From Antedon mediterranea (Eukaryota; Animalia; Echinodermata): a stretch of DNA of 64,000 nt. The stretch lies in the NCBI RefSeq assembly GCF_964355755.1, contig NC_092671.1, positions 14,942,001-15,006,000 on the forward strand, written 5' to 3'. Shown piece after piece: positions 28,274-64,000 of this stretch; position 1 is the stretch's first letter; each line of letters starts with the position of its first letter. Below the pieces are notes generated by a model. It was not told the origin of the DNA, searched no databases, and saw nothing but the letters and a program-made list of their open reading frames with translations. The translations under genes were made by a program, and so were the position numbers.

Positions 28274-30265
28274 GTAAGTAGACATATATTATACTTTAAT
28301 ATCATTTTTTACGTCTCAGAATGTTATATCGTTTCTTAACAAATGTATTGTCTGTAAATAACTGGGAAAACAGGTTGTGTTGTGTGTTAATCAGTAAAAT
28401 GTATTCTAATTTTTGTACCAAACTAAACAATTACAGATGGCTTATTTCTTATTATGTCAATAAATTTCCACTCCTTTTTAAATATATATCGTTGGGTATT
28501 AGCCAAGACCTTTGGCACCGATATTACTAACTAGTACTAGACCTACTATTTATCTTACGTGCAGTTGTTTCTAAGGGTGGGTCGAGAGCTAAGGATTGTT
28601 TTTAACGTCGAAACAATTTTTAGAATTTATTATATCATATGTTAGAATTTTTATAAAGAAGGAAAAGGAGAAATAATACAACCTGGAGAAAATGTATTTG
28701 TCCTATAAACCCGTTATCACGTCGCGTACTCTTACATTAAAATATAGAAATTCAAACCTAGTTTCTATGGTATTATGCCTATAAGACATTCATACTATAT
28801 TTCCAAGGGCATAGTTTTTAGTGATATCTCTTGCACTGGTTTACCTGACTAAAAGTTGCTACATTCATTTCTTGTTAACGATCCGTACCGAAGGATAAGT
28901 TTTTTCTTTTGTAGGTATTACCACCTTTTATTAATACCATTTCCATAATATTGTATGAGTGTATTTAATTTACTCTTTTCTTATCACCAGTATTTCAAGA
29001 CAAAAAACCTCAAATTAGTGCGTCGATACGTTCAAAGGATAGAGACATTATAGAAGCATGCTGTCATTCTCGCTGTACCGAGGCTTTTCTTGACAGCTTC
29101 TGCTTATCTTCAAATCCCGAAGATGACATTACTGTAGAGAGCGAAACTATAGAAACAACTACTATTGTTGGTAGTAAAAAACAACTAAAAACTAAAAAAC
29201 CTAAGACGACTCGAAAGTCAGGAAAGTCCGAGAAAAACAGGGACGATGAGAGCCAAACAGAAAATCCACGAAAGGATAGACAAAAAGAGAAGAACAAAAA
29301 TAAAGACAAAAACAAAAAAAATAGAGAAGAAAGAAACAAATGTGATAAGAAGACATTGAAAGATAAAAATGGAAAACCGTGTGTAAGAAAATCAAAAGAA
29401 AGGAAGGAGAAAGAGAGAAGTAGAAAAACAAGGAAAAGGAATAAGAAAAATAAACCAACAAGAAGACCAAAGAGATGGGATTCTGAAACAACTACTCTCA
29501 GCGACTTTCTGTTGAGCCAGAAATTGTTACAGGTAATTAAATTATTTTATTCATCAAATCAAATTAATTGCAACTGTAAAATTAAAAGTGAACTTTTTAA
29601 ACATCTCATAGTGTCGCTTTTCAAATGAAATGTACATTTAATAATTGCATATGAAAACAATTTTGTAGAACGTAATTTTAACAAAATTATATATAACACA
29701 TAAAACGTAATTTGAATAAAAAATAACGATACATTTTAAACTATAAATCTAAAAGTTATGACAAATTTATGATAAATGGCTTCTTACCAAACCCTAATAC
29801 ACGTCCAAGGTAGCAATTAACACATTTACATGATATATTTCCAGTTAAGCTTGAGGACCAGAATAAATAACTTTTCATTAAAAAGTCAATGTTATGTTAA
29901 GTAAAAATTGTTTTTTTTTTATATTAAAGGAAATATACGATTCTGATATCGATGATCGAAGTATAGACGATATCACAACCCAATTTGACGCTTTACCAGA
30001 AGATGATTTAAGTTCATCCTTAAGTCAAGAAGAATCGAGTAGCAATGAGGTGATACAAGAGGCACAGAGAACCGAACAATTTAGACCGCCTTTTAAACCT
30101 GTACCAGCAGATACAAGTGAGGACGCGTATAATAATAATATGTATGTGAGTACAGGTAACACGAGAAATGAACAGCCGCCTTTAGACGACGATCCTGTAG
30201 AAAAATTAAAAGAGCTAAGACATATATTTGCAGAGCTTGAGGGTGATTCAACGAGCTCATCGTAA
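28099..30265 (+). CDS. IGF: Insulin-like growth factor (IGF)-type prepropeptide, 3 coding exons (28099-28273, 28991-29532, 29930-30265), 350 aa
   Basis: Manual splicing at GT-AG junctions gives a continuous 1053-nt ORF. It encodes a hydrophobic signal peptide, B domain RYCGPDLASELQRRC (C-X11-C), a short C domain, A domain DIIEACCHSRCTEAFLDSFC (CC-X3-C-X8-C), then a long D/E extension typical of IGFs. The phase-1 intron inside the C region is the conserved insulin-family position. Confidence 0.93.
28991..29532 (+). CDS. IGF: IGF coding exon 2: C, A, D domains and Lys/Arg-rich E domain
   Basis: Polypyrimidine tract plus CCAG acceptor ending 28990. Reads LFQDKKPQISASIRSKDRDIIEACCHSRCTEAFLDSFCLSSNPEDD...KPTRRPKRWDSETTTLSDFLLSQKLLQ; donor CAG|GTAATT at 29533 (phase 0). 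Confidence 0.92.
29930..30265 (+). CDS. IGF: IGF coding exon 3: acidic C-terminal extension
   Basis: Poly-T tract plus AAG acceptor ending 29929; phase 0 matches exon 2. Open for 111 codons, EIYDSDIDDRSIDD...DPVEKLKELRHIFAELEGDSTSSS*. Confidence 0.8.
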   Translation, partial: EIYDSDIDDRSIDDITTQFDALPEDDLSSSLSQEESSSNEVIQEAQRTEQFRPPFKPVPADTSEDAYNNNMYVSTGNTRNEQPPLDDDPVEKLKELRHIFAELEGDSTSSS

Positions 30266-30801
30266 GCATAAGATATTACGTTGATTATTTATTAAACTCT
30301 ATAATTTATCGACACCAAGTCGGTTCTCGAATATTTGTTTATTATATTCTTTTTATAACACAATTCATACGCGCATTCACATACATTATTAATTGTATAT
30401 TTAAAAAAATGTGTATAGCAAATCTAGATTTCCTATGTGAAAGCTTCGTATGAACGTATATTATAAATACATACATTATGTAATTTTGTCTTATACCATG
30501 TTTATTTATTCATATGAATAATTTGTTTATAGTCATACATATTTTGACTGATAATATGTATATATAACTAAATGAATGTGTGTATATGTGGGTGTTGATT
30601 ATATATTATGAACATATTCACGTATAATTTATAAGTCACCGAGGGTCGTCGCATTGAACGCTTTCATACTTTACTCGAAAATGTGACTCTCAAAATGTAA
30701 ATGTATTTCGTGTAACTATAATAATAATAATTGTTTGTCTCTTAACTTAAACAATTCCTCTGATTGAGGAGAATGAGTGCAATATTTACAGTGGTCGTAG
30801 A

Positions 30802-31004
30802 TTACCACTGGGGTGTCATAGATACCCGGCCAGGCCTGTACCCGGCTGTGTATTAACATGTTAGAGTGTTACCACTGGGGTGTCATAGATACCCGGCCAG
30901 GCCTGTACCCGGCTGTGTATTAACATGTTAGAGTGTTACCACTGGGGTGTCATAGATACCCGGCCAGGCATTTACCCGGCTGTGTATGAACATGTTAGAG
31001 TGTT
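30802..31004 (+). repeat. Tandem repeat, 3 x 67 bp
   Basis: Unit TTACCACTGGGGTGTCATAGATACCCGGCCAGGCCTGTACCCGGCTGTGTATTAACATGTTAGAGTG, starting at 30802, 30869 and 30936. Confidence 0.95.
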
Positions 31005-32852
31005 AAATACAGTTTTTATAGTAATTATAATTTGGAATACTTAAAAAAACGGACCATTTTGTGAGACGGAATTTACTTTAAAAATTGTAAACGTCGTCTG
31101 TAACAGATGCTAAAAGTAATTATGTTTATTTTATCATTATAAAAATAATTGTGAAATTATATAGTGTACGTGTTAACTACATCTTTGACTGTTAAATCGT
31201 TCATTCCAGTCTTCGAGAAGATGGTAATTAATTATGTTAATTTATGATTTTAAGACATTGCTTTTAATATAATTATGTGTGATATTTACGATTTTCGAAT
31301 AATTTTATACCGTTTAAACTTTTGTCTTTAATGACTTTATAAAATGTTTATCGTATAAGACGTATTAATAACCATACTAGTTCATCTATATTATTTTCTA
31401 TTAAAAGCTATTAATGGACAAAATATTATTACAATATTTATGAAGAATTACAATTTTGTTTGGCTTAATTTATAATTTGATATTCTTAGTGAACGCGTGT
31501 GCCAAATGTTGTGTTTCTTATTGATAGTAATGTTGTGCTTAACACTGAATATCTTGTATGTATCTATTTTGCATGGTTAAAATGACACCCTTTCCTTTTT
31601 TACCCATTTACTATACAGTATATCACCATATCCTGTGACAACCATGCATTCCAACGCTAAGCCATATAAATGGACTAGTTTACAGTATTTTTTAAATTAA
31701 AAAAAAATTAATTACAAATTATTATTCAGCAATATAGAATAAAGTTATCTGTTAACAAATAACTGGTAATAATGTTTGTTGTTGTTTTCATGAGATTGAC
31801 GTCTGTGAAATGAATCCTGCAGAGATTTTATATCCAACAATGGTGTGGACAGAAGTGGTATATCCGATAACCTCTTTTCATTTGTTGAGAGTAATTTATC
31901 ACGTGTTCTTAGTACAGTAAACCATGGGGCAACTTCTCCATCGTTTTTTTTTATTTATCCTCATGATATCGTTATGAGAAAAATGGTTTTGCTATAAATC
32001 TCTATCTCAACAAGTGATAACATTGATGAATGCTTACACCCCGAAACATCAGTCATGTAAACATATTGTTGATACATAAATATAACTTGAAAGCAACATT
32101 ATTAAACACTATATATCACATTTCTTCGAAACTTCAAAGCAGATGTGTTGTATGGTAGCCAATCACAGATGGACGATATTGAAATACAAATTCCACAAGT
32201 CTTTTGATATGTAAATATATTATTCAAAGTCAGCAACGTCTTGACAAAGATATGAACAAAATAACGTTTCACCGTGTCGTCATAACGGATTGTTTCTTTT
32301 CTCTTTGGTTTAAAAATGGTAAGTGTTCTTTGTACTGTATATCCCACCAGTAGATTATACAGTAGATTGGATTTATACCAAACCCCATAATAACCAACCA
32401 CAGATAGGCCCATTACTACCCCTTAGTAATATTGGTTAGGCCTAAACACATTTCAGGCTACATATTCGTAGAACGTCAGACGTTGATTACTGATGAATTA
32501 CGGTACTGTACTAAACGATGTCAATTATAGAACAGCTAGATTGATACTTGATTGATGTTAATGGGTCGGTTAAAGCTAAATAGCTTATTATGACCCTTCC
32601 TTTTCTTTCTTCTTATTCACTACTACAATTATTGTATAGACGTTTGGGGAGCCGGGCACGAACAATGCTTGTTTATAATACTGTAGGCCCTATATTGAAA
32701 ATAAAACTGTAAGGACAATATTTGAGTTTGGATATTAAAGATGATGTGTTTATAAGTGTGAAAAAAGTAAATTTGCAATCAAGAGTCTTCGAATGATAAT
32801 TAAGCAATGACTTGTTGAATTGATTTAGTCTTGGAGCTTTTACAACATTTAC

Positions 32853-33355
32853 TTTTTTATTTTTATTTCTATTTCTTTATTTCAAGCCAACAGTGTAAAA
32901 CCAATAACAGGTTGAAAATAAAATAACTAAACTATAAAATATAAGCCAATATAAATATGTACAAAAATGTAAATAAGATTATTTAAATAATTTCATTAAT
33001 AATACATTTAAATTGAGAGAAATTACAGTTAAAGATATCTAAAGAATAATTTTTTAAAAGACATGAATTGTACAATGACGAGATCTACAGAAAATACAAT
33101 TTTTACAAACATTGACACGAGAATATTTAACATGAAGAAAGGGTTTACTACGAAGATTACGAACAGAAACATTAAAATAAAACAACGAAACAAGATTACA
33201 ATCAAACTTAGAAGTAAGACATTTATACAGGAAGTGCAAATCCTGTCTTGCTCTCCTAGATGTCGGGGAAACAATAGGAGGCAGGTTGGCTGCTGGGCCG
33301 ACAAAGCGCAAGAACCTGTTATGGGTCCGATCTATTCTGGAGGCTTGGGAAGGTA
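32853..33355 (-). mobile_element. 5'-truncated CR1-clade LINE (ORF2 C-terminus, 3' UTR, A-rich tail)
   Basis: Minus frame IDRTHNRFLRFVG...SPTSRRARQDLHFLYKCLTSKFDC...RNLRSKPF...SRVN matches the CR1 post-RT pattern (RFLR...RR...DL.FLYK). It ends in an AAATAAAGAAATAGAAATAAAAATAAAAAA tail. Confidence 0.7.
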
Positions 33356-36162
33356 GGCTATTGACAGCAATGACATTTGGTTTATTTACCTTCTCATCTC
33401 TCCAATGTGAGTATTGACGTACTTATTCCAACCAGATAATCATTAACATTACATTGTACATTACACTGCAATTATATCATGTACAAAATATACCTGAAAG
33501 ATGGAAAATCGCCATTATGACAAGCTTATACAATGTAATCAATCAATCAATCAAATACATATATACTGTCTGTACAGTAAACACCTGTTGTCTAATGGTT
33601 AAAACCTGTTGTATATATGTCGTCCAGGGAGTTAATGAGTGAAGGGGGTAGCATTATTATTATTCTATCAGCAACGTCGCATTTTGTTTATCCTCCATTG
33701 AATGACCTCCACACCTCTCGAAACGCATCAGCTCCGGATTTATGAAGTACCCTTTCTTTAACATAGCCCAACCCTACTTAGCTTAATCTAGGGCAAGTAT
33801 ACAATAATATGAGACTGGTTTATTTGACAGGTGATATTTTTTATTTTTGTGTATGGCTTTAAACAAACAGAAGATATGTTATCCTTTTGTAAGGAGCTAC
33901 AGAGATGTGAAGAACACAAAAATAACCTGGTGATATAATTTTATGCAAAAAAATAAGAAAAAAAAAGATTTGGAATATTTGGATATTGAGTTTACAGCAT
34001 TTGTTAAAATCATTAATCGTGATACAGCAAATTAACATCTTGTATCAATTTGTGGTTCAACATACCGGTACATAGTATTAATATTGAAGACATAGTGCTC
34101 AATAATAAATTAAGTAGCAATTGTGTTTAGAAATAAAGATAACCACAATATTGTTGGATACAAATATATTGCCAAGTCATCAGATGAATTCCTGTTAAAA
34201 GTCCATCAAAATAACCAATTTTTATCTAATTTAACTTGTCAAACTTTCCAATTTTTGTTCCTTCAAAGGTGTAACTCATTTCAGGATTAACCACGTTTGT
34301 CTATTTTCTATGAACAACGAACAATCTTTACGGAAACTTCAGTCAGAAAGCCCAGCAATCCATTAAAGAACTTGAACTGGATAATTGGGTACAACCGCAT
34401 ATCGACATACATAAAACGGGATTTTACATTTTTAAAATATTTTTGAGAGAGGGATACGTCTAGACAATCTGCCATGCCTTTTGCTATAAAGCTATAGCAA
34501 TAATATTAACGGTTCATTTACGAGTGTTATGCGTCGCGACAATATTATTATAGTTTTCTTGTAACTCTTTGATTGATGATGATAATAATAGGCCCTTCTT
34601 GTTTTTGTGGTTCCCATGTGTGTTGATGAGAAAAGGGCTAGGCATATTAAATGTGGAGGGAGAGCAAGCAAGTAGGCCCGTGCTATGGGAATGTTTTATC
34701 TATACCGTAGGTCCTACAGTAGCAGTAGTAAGAAAGCCGAACATTTAGAATATTGAAACAGTCAATAAATGAAATATTATAGGGATGAGAACTATACTAT
34801 ATACATATGATAGGCCTATTGATTCCATAAAGTATTAAACAATCACACGTGTGATCTGTTTCCATAATGTAAAATCGTTCTTACCCCAAACTGAAAAACA
34901 TACATCTTAAAAGTCTCTGAAGAAGATTTATATTCTTATCAATTAAATCAGTTAACTTTTTTAGAAATATAAATTAGGCCTACACCAAAGCTCTCCTTGT
35001 TTGGAGATATTATGTAAACTATGCAAGGTTGAGGAAATTATGATTTTGTGCCGTAATTTATAATAATTCTTGCAAATTCACATATAGAACTGGCTATGTC
35101 TGTACAACAAATACTAAAATGTACAGATGCCTTTTTTTTCATTTTCTGTTAACACATTATTTTTTTTCTTCAGATATTTTCCAAATTTTGATTTATGCAG
35201 TGATCATGTTTCAAATCTGAACAAACTTACATAATTGCACATAAAATGTTTCTATTCTAATTGAGTCTGAATCTAATGGAAAATACAATCACAACAGATT
35301 ATGATGTATCATTTATATATTATATATTTTGTACCTTAAACAATAAACGAGTTAAACACTACAAACTTTTGGTTTATTTTTAGAATATTAAATTAATTTA
35401 TCACACGAATATCAAGATTTCCGTAATTAAAGTTAAAAGTTCTTTATTATTAATGTAATTTTTAAAAACTTCTGGTATGTAATTTCAAATCAATTAAAAG
35501 CAAACATTGAATATTAAATAACAGCCGATCAACGACCGGACATTAATTTAAAGAATCAAGTTAAAATACAGTACATATCCACTGTTAACATTTTACATAC
35601 TAACCCTAATTTTGATACAATTACAGGTTTCTTGAATTTTTTCCTACGAAAATTAACCTGTCTAATAAAATCATCAAATATCTGGAAGTTAGCAAAGATG
35701 TTGGAAAGTGCTTATCACTGGTTTCCACACGAAATTTGTTCCAGAATATAACTGGTTTAACGATGATTCACCCTCTTGTAATTTTAGAAAACCAAAACAA
35801 GATCCCAAAACTAAGGTAAGAACAAGAAAAACATATTTTCTATATTAAAGTCTCAATTTGGCACTATCACACAGTCTCAATTTGGCACTATCAGAATGTA
35901 CTGTGCGTGTACGGTTTTATTACCGGTACCGTATTCATACCTGTTTTAGTCAACAATCGTAAATTTGTTGTTATATATACAGTAACATAATTATATTGTA
36001 ACACTTATATTTAACAATAATTGTATCATTAATTCTAGTATTATTAACTAATTCATGCATGGTTGAACTTTCATACAGATCTATTTAATTTTGAATAAGG
36101 GTGCATATCCATTTTATAAATCTTCAATACAGGTTGCTATCACACGCTTGACTGCGAATGTC

Positions 36163-63930
<27,768 letters not shown>

Positions 63931-64000
63931 CTGTAGAGGGAAAAAAGAAAATAAGAGGTAACAAACGCGACAAATCCCACTGGAAGATGGATGCCAATCA

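Noticed and set aside
29064-29491. Hydrophobic minus-strand ORFs (91 aa, 96 aa)
   Set aside because: They are antisense shadows of the A-rich, Lys-rich IGF exon 2.

Overview
AT-rich, intron-rich animal genomic DNA, not a prokaryotic window. The repeat content and gene types suggest an invertebrate deuterostome, probably an echinoderm (inference only). Most ORFs in the supplied track are spurious. Two spliced host genes lie tail to tail. The first is a complete 3-coding-exon insulin-like growth factor (IGF)-type prepropeptide on + (28099-30265, 350 aa) with a very basic E-domain followed by an acidic C-terminal domain. The second is the last five coding exons of a RET/FGFR/Tie-like tyrosine kinase on - (63930 down to 36163); its 5' part lies beyond the window. 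Mobile DNA includes a defective EnSpm/CACTA-like element carrying a SAMD3-like pseudogene (15101-18825) and a 4.3-kb Academ-type element rearranged into a giant foldback with a nested 59-bp MITE (49943-54262). Smaller elements are TTAA-flanked MITEs, a Helentron-type HINE, a tRNA-derived SINE and a CR1 LINE 3' end. The most notable non-coding signal is a structurally intact type I hammerhead ribozyme lying in the sense orientation of a kinase intron (63531-63579).
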